DNA of 64,000 nucleotides from Octopus vulgaris. Taxonomy: Eukaryota. Within the stretch, counting starts at the first letter, position 1, and each line of letters opens with the position of its first letter. Where the stretch lies: assembly GCA_951406725.2 (NCBI GenBank), contig OX597832.1:11346001-11410000 (forward strand). The letters are read 5' to 3'. A program made the translations under genes and the position numbers. Under the pieces are notes generated by a model that was not told the origin of the DNA, did no database searches, and worked only from the letters and a program-made list of their open reading frames with translations. Shown here piece by piece: positions 28,271-42,571 of this stretch.

Positions 28271-28441
28271 TATATGCATCCATAAGTACATATACATCTG
28301 TGTGCGCACACATGTATGTATGTATGTATGTATGTATGTATGTATGTATGTATGTATGTATGTATGTATGTATGTATGTATGTGTCGGTGTGAGTATGTG
28401 TGTATATAGGTATGTGTCGCTGTGAGTATGTGTGTATGTAA

Positions 28442-28494
<53 letters not shown>

Positions 28495-28939
28495 AAACTT
28501 GATTTGATAGATAGATAGATTAGACATCTTGGATTTGTGATCTTAATTCTTAACAACACTGATTTTCTTTTACATCTAATAAATTGTAAGGGGAAATAGG
28601 GCATTGCCCGTGGCGCTTTTCTTGACTTCTGAAAATGACTGCTGCGTGACAAAAGTAGACTCACTAATCCGAATGCTTCCGCATAGAAGTCTCAGAATGA
28701 AAAAAAAAGTCATCAAAATCCACGGGATATTATTTAGGTCTTTGATGATTATTCCCACTATCTCATTCTCATATATTTGATTGTTTTTCATCTCTATTTT
28801 TTACTATACATTTAGGACCTAAACCTTGATATCCCTTATCGATTCTACCACAGAGGAGAATACATAGCAAGGTCAAAGGTCAATGTTACAGAACTGTTCT
28901 ATAATTTTGACTATTCATAGTAATAAACTAAGATATTTC

Positions 28940-29076
28940 TATCCTTGTTTCTTCCTGTGGAAGAACATAGGCTCGAAACGTAAAAGACGTTTTCAATTCC
29001 TGAGTGTTATACTAATACTTCTGTTTGTTTTCTACATCACCTGTCTTCGTCTTTTGTTTTCTTCGTGAATTCTCCC

Positions 29077-29080
<4 letters not shown>
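28940..29080 (+). mobile_element. Short repeat family G with a variant HHR-like motif
   Basis: cttc-CTGTGGA-a-gaacataggctc-GAAA-cg-TA-aaag; its 3' end abuts (TA)n. Confidence 0.6.
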
Positions 29081-29113
<33 letters not shown>

Positions 29114-29746
29114 CATTTGCTTATCGGTACGTTCATTATCATAAGGAATACGAGAATACACTTGAACATAATCACGCTTCTGTATACGTTCTGAGTTTAT
29201 TGCGCTGCTACTCCCAGAAATCTATTTCCAATACTTTTGAGGATTTAGATATGAAGCATTTAATCATTTCTTTGGATAAAAGCGGAAAAGATCACAACCA
29301 TTATAAATAAATGTGTATCTAATGAAATATAACTTACACTAGGTGGTTCGTCGGCCTGCTAATATTATCAACTAATTCTCTCTGCAGAAAAAAAAAACGC
29401 ATTAAATAAACACCAAGTAATGCTCATGTGGTTTTAATTATTCTATAACTGGATAAATATGACGAATGGCAAGGATGAATATGAACATGCATTTGCACAG
29501 TCAGAGCTGGATATAAACGTTGGGTTTAAACAAAGAAAATATCATGTGATGAGATTTGGATATTTTTTTGCAAATCCAAGAGAATGTTATTAAATTAAAA
29601 AAAAAAAAAGAATACCTTGAATAAATAAAATCCGCATTAATCAATATTATGAAAATGAGAGCATAATTTGTGCTCTCGTTGTTCTTTTAGTTCTCGCCGT
29701 CATTTTCGGTGTTGTTGGCTTCGTCATAGATGTTACGGTTTATGAT

Positions 29747-30164
29747 TTCTCTTTCTCTTTTTCTCTTTTACTTGTTTCAGTCATTCGACTGCGGCCATGC
29801 TGGAGCACCACCTTTAATCGAGCAACTCAATCCCGGGACTTATTCTTTTGTAAGCCCAGTACTTATTCTATCGGTCTCTTTTGCCGAACCGCTAAGTGAC
29901 GTAGACGTAAACACACCAGCATCGGTTGTCAAGCAATGCTAGGGAGATAAACACAGACACACAAACACACACACACATACATATATATATATACATATAT
30001 ACGACAGGCTTTTTTTAGTTTCCGTCTACCAAATCCACTCACAAGGCATTGGTCAGCCCGGGGCTATAGCAGAAGACACTTGCCCAAGGTGCCACGCAGT
30101 GGGACTGAACCCGGAACCATGTGGTTGGTTAGCAAGCTACTTACCACACAGCCACTCCTGCGCC
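29747..30164 (-). mobile_element. SINE family A, full length
   Basis: Complete copy flanked by a tatgat direct repeat. Confidence 0.93.
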
Positions 30165-30730
30165 TATGATGTTGCAGTTTTTGTTTAATTCCCGATCTAC
30201 CTGTGTTGTTCAGAATTATGATCAACGGCATTCCGGCCTTGACTCTCCCGAATATCTCCTATTTAAAGGGAACACAGGTTGATTACCTTATCCAGCGAAT
30301 TCTTTTCTAACACGCTTCCGTGTTATTTAAAGGAGATTTCGCTGTTCTTTCGCGACAGTGAAACAATCATGTAGATGCTTTTTTTCTTGGATCCTTTCAT
30401 CAACGTCGATGTTTATCAGATGCTGATTTGGATTATAACGTTCTAGATTCAATTGCATTACTTTCACGTTTCCACCAATCGGTTTCTCCTATTAAGCTAA
30501 CCATAACAATAGTCTGCTATTGGTCTCTTTACTCTTTTCACTGTCGACATCCTTCAAGCGCAGAGTCGATTGCATGAACCATGTTATGATACATGACGTC
30601 CGATACTTTGATAGTTTCAGAGAATATGAGACCAAGGAAACTCAGTGGAAATTGAACTCAGAACTTATAATTACGCATGCAATTTTGGTCAGCATTCGAC
30701 TGATTCCATCAGTTGAATACAATGTGTTCT

Positions 30731-31135
30731 TATCTTTTTATTGCCCACAAGGGGCTAAACAGAGAGGGCGGGGGAACAAGGACAGACAAACGGATTAAGT
30801 CGATTGCATCGACCCCAGCGCGTAACTGGTATTTATTTAATCGACCCCGAAAGGATTAAAGGCAAAGTCGACCTCGGCGAAATTTGAACTTAGAACGTAG
30901 CGGCAGACGAAATACCTATTTCTTTACTACCCACAAGGGGCTAAACACAGAGGGGACAAACAAGGACAGACAAACGGATTAAGTCGATTGCATCGACCCC
31001 AGTGCGTAACTGGTACTTATTTAATCGACCCCGAAAGGATGAAAGGCAAAGTCGACCTCGGCGGAATTTGAACTCAGAACGTTGCGGTAGACGAAATATC
31101 GCTAAGTATTTCGCCCGGCGTGCCAGCTCGTCGCC
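30731..31135 (-). mobile_element. Family B SINE dimer inside a single TSD
   Basis: Full unit 30917-31135 plus 5'-truncated unit 30731-30916; 18-bp TSD ttgaatacaatgtgttct (30713-30730 / 31141-31158). Confidence 0.92.
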
Positions 31136-32189
31136 TTCATTTGAATACAATGTGTTCTGTTCGAAGCTCTATTTATTTTACCTCCCACATGACTATGATC
31201 AAGAAGCCAAATGAAAAAAAAAATGTTTCGAAATGCATATTAGTTTGCAATGGCAGAAAACATGATAGGTCAGGATATTTAGAATACATTCACATGGTAC
31301 TCCTATGATTAGCTATAAGAAAGTACAGCTTGTAATAATGAAAAATCGGCTTGATATCTCAGACACGAGCATGTTTAATTTTAAAACACTCACAGCACCG
31401 GAAGAAAGGAATCATGTATTTCCTTAAAGCATTAACGCTGAACACTAGCTGTGAATAGATGTTGAATCGTGGCGTTTAACAGAATTTTGATGCAAAAATA
31501 GAAAATCGAGTATACGGTTTACGCTAATCAGTGGGGATCGCAAGAACAAAATAAAATAGAAATACTAACTTGTTTTCATTTTTTACTTAGTAATTATTAT
31601 TTGACTTCATTTTCTATTACTAAGAGTATATTAACAGAGTTAGAAATACACAATAATTTCAACCTTCGATCCATTAATGAAACACGTTGACAGAAATAGA
31701 AAAAAAATATTGAATCATATTCCCCATAAATTTATATAACACTCATTTAGAAATCTGAAATACTCAACAATTGGTATTTTTTCCCATTAGTAAACATTCT
31801 CTTCTGGTAAAGTCAGAACTTCAATAAATACAGGCACATGCTACATTACAAAGCGCGGTCTTTCTATTCAGGGAAGAAAAGAAAGTCAGTCTCCTGTTAC
31901 AATAATAATGCTCGAGTGAGACTCATAATTCCTACCATATTTGGGGTGCATTGGCTGAAAAGCATATAACCTCAACACCATTTAATAAATCGTGATCCGA
32001 CTGCCAATACAATCTTAGGTCCGACTCACAAACGCTTTCTCTGTCTCTGTCTGTCTGTCTCTCTCTCTCTTTCACACACACACATCTTTCTCTTTCTCTC
32101 TGTCTCCCTGTCTCTGTCTCCCCCCTCTCTCTCTGTCTCTAGGTCTGCTTCTCTTTCTATTTCCCTCTCTCTATATATACCTACATATC

Positions 32190-32357
32190 TACCTATCTAT
32201 CTATCTGTCTGTCTGGCTGTCTGTCTGTCTGTCTGTCTCTGTCTGTCTGTCTCTGTCTGTCTGTCTCTGTCTGTCTGTCTCTGTCTGTCTCTGTCTCTGT
32301 CTCTGTCTGTCTGTCTCTGTCTGTCTGTCTGTCTCTGTCTGTCTGTCTCTGTCTGTC

Positions 32358-32390
<33 letters not shown>

Positions 32391-32495
32391 GTCTGTCTGT
32401 CTCTGTCTGTCTGTCTGTTTGTCTCTGTCTGTCTGTCTCTGTCTGTCTCTGTCTCTGTCTGTCTCTGTCTCTCTCTGTCTCTGTCTCTCTCTGTC

Positions 32496-32570
<75 letters not shown>

Positions 32571-32605
32571 ATGTCTATCTATCTATCTGTCTATCTATCT
32601 ATCTG

Positions 32606-32644
<39 letters not shown>

Positions 32645-32675
32645 GTCTATCTACCTATCTATCTATCTATCTATA
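32190..32675. repeat. Compound (TCTG)n/(TC)n/(TCTA)n microsatellite
   Basis: Read directly. Confidence 0.95.
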
Positions 32676-33218
32676 CGTCTATTCTACGGTTACTGCAATG
32701 ACTTGTGATACCCTAAGCTTATTACACCCGTGCAATCTCTACTTAGAACTAACCGAGTCGTTTCTCCGTTTTCTCCGCAGTTCTTCGTCCTAATCCTACC
32801 CCTGAGTCATTCTAACTCAGAATAACAAATTCCTGTTAATCCATTTGAGAACATATGCTTTTCTACAGCCAGCGATTTGTAACTAATCCAGGGAATATTC
32901 AGCTACATGCCTTTAACCGATTTTAAAAGTTTTGAAAACCCTGCAATAGCCTTGAACATAATCCCATTTCGAAGATTAAGACATCAAAATATTAACAAAA
33001 AAAAAAAAGGAAGCAAAACATGTAAAAATGAGAAAAGCGTTTATTTTATATTTTGCTTTATGCATTTTAAATGTATTTTAGTAATAAAAAATAGGGAAAT
33101 GAAGGATAAAGACTAAAGGAAAATGGAAAAGAAGAATGCCCTGATTTATAGTTAATCACGTCTCACTAAGGTCAGAGTTCAAATTCTACAATGTATCACT
33201 TTAATATCATGTTGGATT

Positions 33219-33551
33219 TTTTTTGGAAGCGCTCCGTCGGTTACGACGATGAGGGTTCCGGTTGATCCGAATCAACGGAACAGTCTGCTCGTGAAATTAA
33301 CGTGTAAGTGGCTGAGCACTCCACATACACGTACACTCTTAACGTAGTTCTCGGGGATATTCAGCGTGACACAGAGAGTGACAAGGCCGGCCCCTTGAAA
33401 TACAGGTACAACAGAAACAGGAAGTAAGAGTGAGAGAAAGTTGTGGTGAAAGAGTACAGCAGGGATCACCACCATCCCCTGCCGGAGCCTCGTGGAGCTT
33501 TTAGGTGTTTTCGCTCAATAAACACTCACAACGCCCGGTCTGGGAATCGAA
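33219..33551 (-). mobile_element. tRNA-derived SINE family C (possibly octopus OR1), 5'-truncated at the B box
   Basis: Shares about 110 bp with 18063-18170, has a short A tail and an 11-bp TSD catgttggatt (33208-33218 / 33552-33562). Confidence 0.88.
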
Positions 33552-34108
33552 CATGTTGGATTACCAATAATCTAAAACCACTCACGTACTGTATATAATT
33601 CCTTTCATTCCGGCCCCAATAACCAAATTCAGGTCCCATTTCAAAGTTAAATATAATTTTTGTTTGCTATAATATGCATGTCTCAGTTTTATACTGAATT
33701 ATATAAATCAAACTTTCCAACACAATCTTATCAGTTAAATTTTATTGATAAAGAGAACATCTATGCTTCTCGGCAGTGCAATAACTTATCAATACTTCTA
33801 GTTACCGACAAAAGTACTTGTTCACTTCTAGATGAAGTTTAATTCGTATTTCTTGTCTATGAGTAAACGTATTACTGTTAAATTATGGCGACACAGCTGT
33901 CTGAAACATGGTACGATGTTATAGGAATAAATCTCTCTAATTGGAAGTAAGAAATATATCTAAAAGTCCCTAGCACCGATTTAGCTGGTTTAATTTTTTT
34001 TTAATATCCCAAAAGAGCAATAGGAAAGCATCTTTATATTCCTACATGAAAATTATGACAATCCCATAGTGACCTCCAAAGAACTCGCAAGAAGTCGTTC
34101 GTCTAGCT

Positions 34109-34343
34109 CAGTGGTTCGCAATAATTTTCCTACATATGAACCCTTTCGATTCCTATTTTACATTGCTGGAGCCCCATATTCATTTCACGTATATGCAAAT
34201 ATACTGTATTTTTATAATTAAAGATTATTAGGAATTGTATAAAAAATTTAAAATATCTTGTATATTGAAATTATATAGACAATTTATTGCTCATAAAATT
34301 TTTACAAGAAAATGTTATATGGACCCCAAGTTGAGAATCACTG
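34109..34343. mobile_element. hAT-type MITE
   Basis: TIRs cagtggttcgcaa / ttgagaatcactg (CAGTGGTT is typical of hAT-Charlie ends) and a degraded 8-bp TSD gtctagct/gtgtaatt. Confidence 0.7.
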
Positions 34344-35439
34344 GTGTAATTGATGGCGCAAAGAGAGAAAAAAAATGCGGAAATTTGATTTCATACCGTG
34401 GCCACGGGAGAAGAGAAAATTTCAGAATTTGTACTTAGTACATAAACAAAAGAAAATGTAGAATGGCATTTAGTCCAGAACCAGGATGCTTTGTGGTTTG
34501 CGCAAGTCTCAACAGGCATTGAAAATAGCCAGCCACACCATTTAGCTTTTTACGATGAATTACGATCCCTAGTAGAATATCTACAGAAATTTTCAACGTA
34601 CGCTCTTGGTACACAATATCCAATTCCCGTGTGAGCTAATATATCAATAAAAATTCGAGTCAATGACGCCGATGTAAAATACTACATAATTATACACAAA
34701 CTAAATTCAACTATATTACGAAGCGAAGAGCTCTGAGTGACAAGCTTTAATTTATATTTAGTTCAGGACCGACTTGCTTTCGGATTAATTGCTTAAAATG
34801 GAGTAAATAGCTTTGGTAATATAATAATTTAAATTGTTAATTGTTTCAGACTGATTAGCTGTAAACTTAATAGAACTAGTGATCATTTCCAATAACGACG
34901 ATTGTATTAATTGCGCAAGTACTATGAAACCATTCTGCAATGAGAATGTCTTGATTACTTTTGTTGTAGAAAATTTACTAGATAAAATAAATAAATGAAG
35001 AAATGAATAACAGTTTTCGCAATATATCTACTAAGGAGAACCGTCTCTTCTAAAAGCAATTGTGTATTTCAGAAACTTCCACGCTCTTAGTGCGTTTTGC
35101 ATGTGCAGTCAATACGTGTGTGTGTGTGTGTGTGTGTGTGTATACATATATATATATATATATATTTAATTTATATTATTATATGACTGAACACTACACA
35201 TCCATTTCCAAGGAAATTTTGATGCGACTCTACCCTGTATTGTTCTCTGTATCTCTCTCTCTCTCTCTCTCTCTCCATTTTGTATTCTTGACCTTCTTTT
35301 CTCTAATTCTTCCCTCGTCTCTCTTCTCTTTTTTTCTCTTATTTTTTCTCTAATTATTTTTCTTCCCTTCACCACTTTCTCTCTACATCTTTCTCTCTCT
35401 TTCGCCCTCTTTCTACTTTGCTCTCTGCCGTTGCTCACA

Positions 35440-35897
35440 CCTGACCATCGTCCATCTTTCTTTTCCTCGCGTGATCACATTTCTTTTCCTTCAGTCTGTC
35501 ACACAGACCAGACGCATTATTACCTGTCTCCTCTCCTATCTTTATTTTTTGTCAAAAAATATTCCTCCAGAATTTTCTACCTTACATCGTCTGGCCTGAG
35601 GGCCCGACATGTTTGTTTACGTTTGGTTTGTTGCATGTTTCCACTGTCCTATTATTTTACCACCTTTCACCCTCCGCAGATCCCAAATTTTAGTTTGGTT
35701 CGGGGGAACAACTATTTTTCGATGCCTCATATTGTCGTTAATTGCTAGAAATGTGGAGTAAATGAACAACTGACAACTGATGAAGAGTCGTTCTTTATAT
35801 TACTTGTTATGTTTTCCATTTATTTTTCTTCTTGTTCGCATACCCAAGTTTGCCTTCGTATTTCATATTGTTTACGTTTTGTGACATCGTATACCTA
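35440..35897 (+). mobile_element. Family F element
   Basis: Colinear with the reverse complement of 23345-23690 and ends at (TA)n. Confidence 0.75.
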
Positions 35898-36967
35898 TAT
35901 ATATTTCTTTACTGAAGCACTATCTTTACTCAAACAAATCAACCCCAGGACTTCTTCTTTGTATGCCTAGTGCTTTTGCCGAACCGCTAAGTTACGGTGC
36001 CGTCAAGTGATGGTGTGGGTGCAAACTCAAACATTCAAACATTTATGGTTTTTCAGCATAGAAAACAATTCCGGTTGTCAAGCCATGAGAGTCGAGCATG
36101 GAGACACGCACGCGCGCACACACACACACACACAGTGAAAACACAAACACGTGTTAAAGTCTGTAGCAGTTGAAAACTGAGGTTGATGCAATCGCCTTAA
36201 CTCCTTTCTCGAAATTGCTCGCTTTGTGCAAACTGTGAAACCGATATTATTATTGATAGTAGTAGTAGTAGTAGTAGTCGAGTATGAGGCTGAGTCACTT
36301 ACGTAGACCCCAGTGCTGGACCGGTATTCATTTTATCGATACCGATAGGGCCTCAGTGGAATTTGTACCCGGGAAATAAAGACGGACAAATGCCGCTACG
36401 CATAATGCCTAGCAGCATCTCGTCCTTTCAGGGTCGATGGGATAAAAACCCAGTTGAACACTAGAGTCGATATAATCGACTTCACCTCTCCCCAAAATTG
36501 CTGACCCCGTGCCATATTTTGAAACTAATATTAACAGAAGGGATAGCAAGAGAATCAACAGTAATAGGAAGAACATTAGGCGTCATGCTGCAATATGATT
36601 AATTTTTCCACTATTCTGAATATGACTCAAAGCATTTACAATATCCATTATTCATTATTTTTATTTAGCACAATAATTTGCATGTTATAACTTGTTTCGC
36701 TAATCGAAAATAGCTACACTCCGGGAAATTAGTACATCGTTGATGACTGCGACGTTCTACTTTGCAGTAATGAAACGGCTCTGCACCCACACGCGCACGC
36801 ACAAACATTTATTTTTATGGTTATCAGCTAGTTGTTTATAATGGAGAGACAAAGCACACTCAATATGAGAAAGAAAGAAAGAGAGACAGAGAAAGTGAGT
36901 GAGAGAGATAAATAGATATATAGATACATACATATGTATACGTGTGTGTGTGTCTATATACATATAT

Positions 36968-37018
<51 letters not shown>

Positions 37019-37026
37019 CACACAGA

Positions 37027-37379
37027 GGCGCATGAGTGGCTGTGTGGTAAGCAACTTGCTAACAAACAACATGGTTCCGGGTTCAGTCCCACTGCGTGGC
37101 ATCTTGGGCAAGTGTCTTCTACTATGACCTCGGTCCGACCAAAACCTTGTCAGACGGAAACTGAAAAAGAAGCCCGTCGTATATATGTATATATGTATGT
37201 GTGTCTGTGTTTGCTCCCCACCCACCCAACATTGCTTGATAACCGATGCTGGTGTGTTTACGTCCCCGTAAAAGAGACGATAGAATAATAGGCAAAAGAG
37301 ACCGATAGAATAAGTACTAGGCTCCAAAGAATAAGTCCTGGGGTAGATTTGCTCGACTAAAGGCGGTGCTCCAGCATGG
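37027..37379 (+). mobile_element. SINE family A with an internal deletion, a short duplication and a truncated tail
   Basis: Matches family A; aaaagagac(c)gatagaataa is duplicated. Confidence 0.88.
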
Positions 37380-38346
37380 AAAAGTGTACACACATGCACA
37401 CACACATACACACCTATATATGCGTAGAGAGAGATTTATAGGTATATGTATGCCTACACTCACACCTATATGCATGTGGGTGAGTATAGGCTATTGCTAT
37501 ATATCCTATGTAAAACTATGAAGTTAATATATGATCTTATTTAGGTACTCATGTCAGTTTACGTGTGTGTGTATATATATATGTCTGTATATATGTAATC
37601 TTGTTTGTATGCATGCCCCGTTTTTAAACCGAAAGAACAATTGGAGTCTGAGAAAGAAAGAATTTATATATAAATATATGTAGTTTACTAGCTTCATGTG
37701 ATTTAAAGGAGGTTACTTATTCCCGCAGAGTTACTGCAACAAATACAGAAGTTCGAAATTCCTCTCAATCAAATCGTCATACAGCAATACTTGATATTTT
37801 ATTGCAGTTGGGAAGCATAATCATGGTGCTTCCTACTGTGTGTACTTTAATCTTATTTCTAAGACTTGCTAGAACTTGAGAGTTCATGATAGAGCTGTTA
37901 GTGATGAAATTTATCCATTAACACTGGTTTTAAACATATCTATTAAAAGCAGCTACTGACAAACATTTCACTGAATATATTAGTTTTTGCTACAATGCAG
38001 ATGTTTTAATAAGCTACATAGATATTTTATTTATTTATCCAATTATAAGCGCAATTTCTGATTGTTTTTTTCTAATCAAAATTCACGTTTTAATTCATTT
38101 TTTTTCCTGGTTTACTCAAACAGAAAATATAACTCTACAGTTCTCCATAACCATCTTATAGAAGTGAGAAGAAAGGAAAGAATCAAACTTGTCATAGTTT
38201 GTCGTTAAACAATGTCTCTAGATACAGTCATGGGAACGTAGTGGACCCTGGCATTAAAAGACTACTTAGTGATGTTCAATTATTCGCTGGTTAATTTTGA
38301 TGCCTGAACATTGAGAGCAGAAACTAACAAAAGCTGTCTGTAAAAT

Positions 38347-38380
<34 letters not shown>

Positions 38381-38393
38381 TCGTACCATCATT

Positions 38394-38457
38394 AGTGGGA
38401 CTGAACCTGGAACCATGTGACTGTGAGCAAGCTACTTACCACAAAGCCACTCCTGCG

Positions 38458-38459
<2 letters not shown>
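38394..38459 (-). mobile_element. Family A tRNA head fragment
   Basis: agtgggactgaacc...gccactcctgcgcc. Confidence 0.8.
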
Positions 38460-38503
<44 letters not shown>

Positions 38504-40367
38504 GTGTGTGTGTGTTTGCTGCGTGTGTGTGTCTGTATGTATCTCTGTCTGTGTGACCAATGCATGTGTAAACAGGGAACGTTTAACTATTTCTCTCCCT
38601 AGATAAAAAAAAAACGTCGAACTGTCTTCATCAATTTTCGAACATTCATGGGTTCTCAATGGCGGTGTTTATATCGTCACTTAACCAATCCAACAGAAGT
38701 GAATAATTTGTTTTCTTACTCAACAAATCCAGTAGCTTCGGCGAACTGGAGCGATTAATCTTCCTTTTATAAGTGTGTAACTATTTATTTCGTATCAGCG
38801 TCTGTCAACGACGATCTCAGTAAGCACAGAATCAAAGTATGATATATTTAACCTATACAGTAGGTATATAAACAGAACAATTCAGAACAAGTGAGACAGA
38901 ATGAAGTTGGCTTCGGGTTGATAAGATGCCGAGGATGGAGACATTCTGTAGGCGAAATTTAATTCAACTTTCCCTGACCCACTTAGATGATTCCTGTATG
39001 TTATGAGTCGAAACCTTCATGAAGCTGATGTACTGGTTATTGATATATAAGTTCTCCCAATGATGTCTTTACTTTAGGCACCATCAAGGAAAAGAAAGAG
39101 AGAGTTCAACATCTTTAACTTTCTGCTTGGGGCAGTGCAACTTTGATGTCTATTCCACCTATATATGTATATATATATGTGTCTGTATTTTATTTGTGTG
39201 TTCCTGCATGTTAATCAATGTGTGTGTGTATGTGAATACGTGTGTATGCGTGTGTGTGTGTGTGTTTTATATTACTGGCTTTTAAATCGCATTTAAATAC
39301 ACAAGAACTATTGACATTTATACAATTCTGGACAGTAATCTTTATTCATATCTTCGCACATCGTTTCAAATCTGTAATCTTTATAGCATTTAATGCAAAG
39401 AATAACAAAGGGAAATGTTGCAAACAAAGCTGAGAGGATTAATAAATTTACGCGTTGGGTATGTTTTAGAAATCGACAGAAAATAATTAGTCACTTTAAT
39501 CCAATATAGCTTAAAACTGATTTTAATCAAGATTAATTCTTAGGTGAATACTTTAGCATCATGATGTTATCTTCATCATCTTCAACGGTGTGGCACATAG
39601 CATCTAAAGTACTAAATATCTTCAAGAGAAAATTTGTTAGAATAGTCAAGAGAATATATTAATTTTCCATTAACTTGTATACTCTGAGACAACTGACTGT
39701 AACAGTCTCGTCTTGCAATCGTTAAATAACATTCTATTGAGAGGTAATTAAAAAGAATGGCAACTTTTCTGTCCTCACACGAATGTACAGTTATATATTA
39801 CAACAAGTAGTATTTTTGTGAGTGATAGAGATTTGTAAGCTTACATTCGTAACAGACACATATTTTCTTTTGTAATGAGTTTTCCATTATATTTGAAAGC
39901 AACAAATAATATTTTTCTTCTTCCGAAATTGAATGCACCTCCAACAAACATTTCTCTTTTTATTTATTCTTCTTCTTTTTAAAGGGGTATTTCATTCATG
40001 TTTCGTATTTCTATTTTCTTTCCAAGAACTTATCCCACCTCTGTTTTCATAAACAAAAGCGTTTTGTTTTCGTTTTTTTTTATCTAGAGATATAAATACA
40101 AAGAATGAGACCAACATGCATATCAGTAAATGAAAGATACATACCACTACATATACGGTGTCTATTGAAATTAGGCTGTTGACTTCCTTTCAAACTTTGA
40201 AGACTGACAATCTTTAGTTGGATCTTTTCATATGCAAGAAGTGTTATTTGTTCTTTAACCTCAAGCAAAATCATTTTGTAGATATCTTATTCTTCGGTTC
40301 TTCAATGGAGATTTGAACGTTTTTCTTCCTTTCGTATCACTCTCTTTCTCTCTCTCTCTTGACTTTT

Positions 40368-40417
<50 letters not shown>

Positions 40418-40748
40418 CTCATTCACTTTCTCATTCTGTCTCCACTTTTTTCTGTTTTGTTTTACATTCGGAATATTTGAATCAATTGCAAGAATCTCTT
40501 TAACATATTTTTAAGTCAGGAAAAGCAGGCGCGTATTCTGTAGCACTTGCCAACACAATACTAGATTCAGACATAAAATTAGAATTTGAATTTAAAAACA
40601 GATTCAAAGATTTAATTTCTTATTCGAAGAAAGACTAGGAGACAAACATGATAAGAGTTTTGTTTCTATAATTTTCTTTAAACATAAAGCAATTTATATT
40701 ACCAGTACACGATCTTGATGGTTGCGACATTCACAATATAAAATTACT

Positions 40749-40979
40749 TATTTCTTTATTGCCCACATGGGGCTAAACATAGAGGGAACGAACAAGGACA
40801 GACAAAGGGATTAAGTCAATTACATCGACCCCAGTGCGTAACTGGTACTTAATTTATCGACCCCGAAAAGATGAAAAGCAAAGTCGACCTCGGCGGAATT
40901 TGAACTCAGGACGTAACGGCAGACGAAATACGGCTACGCATTTAGTCCGGCATGCTAACGTTTCTGCCGGCTCGCCGCC
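40749..40979 (-). mobile_element. SINE family B
   Basis: Full length with TSD tataaaattact (40737-40748 / 41000-41011). Confidence 0.92.
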
Positions 40980-41242
40980 TTATTATAAAAATTGTTTCTT
41001 ATAAAATTACTTTGTATCATCGTACTCACATTTCATACATACATACATACATACATACATACATACATACGTGGGGCAGTGGTAATTTGGGGATTTGGGG
41101 ACTTTCGCAATTATCGTACACACTCCAGAAACGTGTGAATTATTCAAGAATATCTGAATAGGCAATATTGTAAACTTAACAACCACATATGTGTATTTGC
41201 GTGTATGCATGCGTATCTCTGTAAGTGTGTATGTGTGTATAT

Positions 41243-41845
41243 GACAGTCGCATTCAGGGGCTCATTGGAAGTGTCTTCTACGTATGCCAGGGCAATCTAT
41301 CGCCATTTATTTCAAGATTACAGAACGTTCCATCATCTATTTACCAATGTACGACATCTCTACACACCATAAATCCCATTTCTCGATTGGAATCGGAGAG
41401 AACACCGTTTCTAATTAATAATTCTATCTTTTCAATGACAGATTTAAATGAACGTTTTTCCTTATAAATCTGTACCATTTTTTCATTAAGCCCTTACTTA
41501 TGCTTCACTTCCCATCCCACCTCATTGCTTTCCATTCATCTGATTATCGATTTCGTCCGTTTCCCCTCTTGCCTTTTAATTCTCTCAACCTATTCTTCCT
41601 TCTACGAATTCATGTGCACATATGAGGCTCCAGTGGGCCTGTGTTGCCTCCCAGTTGCAACCAGTTTTTTCTAACTTAGAGGATGTAAAATTCTGCTATC
41701 TCTTGTTAATTTCTCTCTCGTCAACTGTTCTCTGAAGAAGTATTTTGTCTGAAACGCTGTATTTTTCGCTCCTCACAGCAAATTCACTATGCGTTTTGTT
41801 GATACCAATAAATAATGGATATTTTGGATTCTATTTGATTATATA
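41243..41845 (+). pseudogene. Decayed Penelope-like element 3' end (GIY-YIG C-terminus + LTR-like tail)
   Basis: The frameshifted translation PGQSIAIYFKITERSI...NPISRLESER...DLNERFSL* resembles PLE endonuclease C-termini (recalled pattern PVARHF...GLNERF). It is followed by an HHR-like ctgaaga..gaaacg at 41732-41756, then aataaa and TA repeats. Confidence 0.5.
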
Positions 41846-41984
41846 TAGGACAAACGGGAGAACTATGCTCAACAATAATATTAGTGGAATGTAGTAATCC
41901 TAATTGCTTAAATTATAATAATTATATTTGAGATTCACCTTATTTACGGACCTTCAGATGATTGGTGTAGCTATACATATCAAC

Positions 41985-42110
41985 CGGCACAGAGGAAAAT
42001 ACAAGTTGATGAAAGCACTCGTCCTTCTATAATTTGTTTAGTTGTTGTATTATTCACACATGTGCATTCCCTTAAATGACAAAGCAGAGGAGATAACGCA
42101 CACGAATCTT
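41985..42110 (-). CDS. Weak candidate Cys-rich coding exon (phase 1-1, 126 nt)
   Basis: Strong acceptor (ctaat branch-like motif, T-run, cag), open frame xDSCALSPLLCHLRECTCVNNTTTKQIIEGRVLSSTCIFLCA, but a weak donor gttgat. Confidence 0.2.
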
Positions 42111-42132
42111 CTGAAAAAAAAGTTATTAGTGT

Positions 42133-42338
42133 ACTCATACTCTTTTACTTGTTTCATCATTTGACTGCAGCCATGCTGGAGCACCGACTTTAGTCGAGCA
42201 CATCGACCCCAGGACTTACGCTTTGTAAGCCTAGTACTTATTCTATATGTCTCTTTTGCCGAACCGCTAAGTTACGGGAACGTAAACACACTAGCATCGG
42301 TTGTCAAGCGATGTTGGGGGAACACACACACACACATA

Positions 42339-42400
<62 letters not shown>

Positions 42401-42571
42401 GATATATACGGCGGGCTTCTTTCAGTTTCCGTCAACCAGATCCACTCACAAGGCTTTGGTTGGCCCGAGGCTATAGTTCAAGAATCTTACCCAAGGTGCC
42501 ATGCAATGGGACTGAACCCGGAACCATATAGTTTGTAAGTAAGCTACTTACCACACAGCCACTCCTACGCC
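42133..42571 (-). mobile_element. SINE family A, full length
   Basis: Complete copy with an expanded internal (CA)n/(TA)n tract. Confidence 0.92.
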
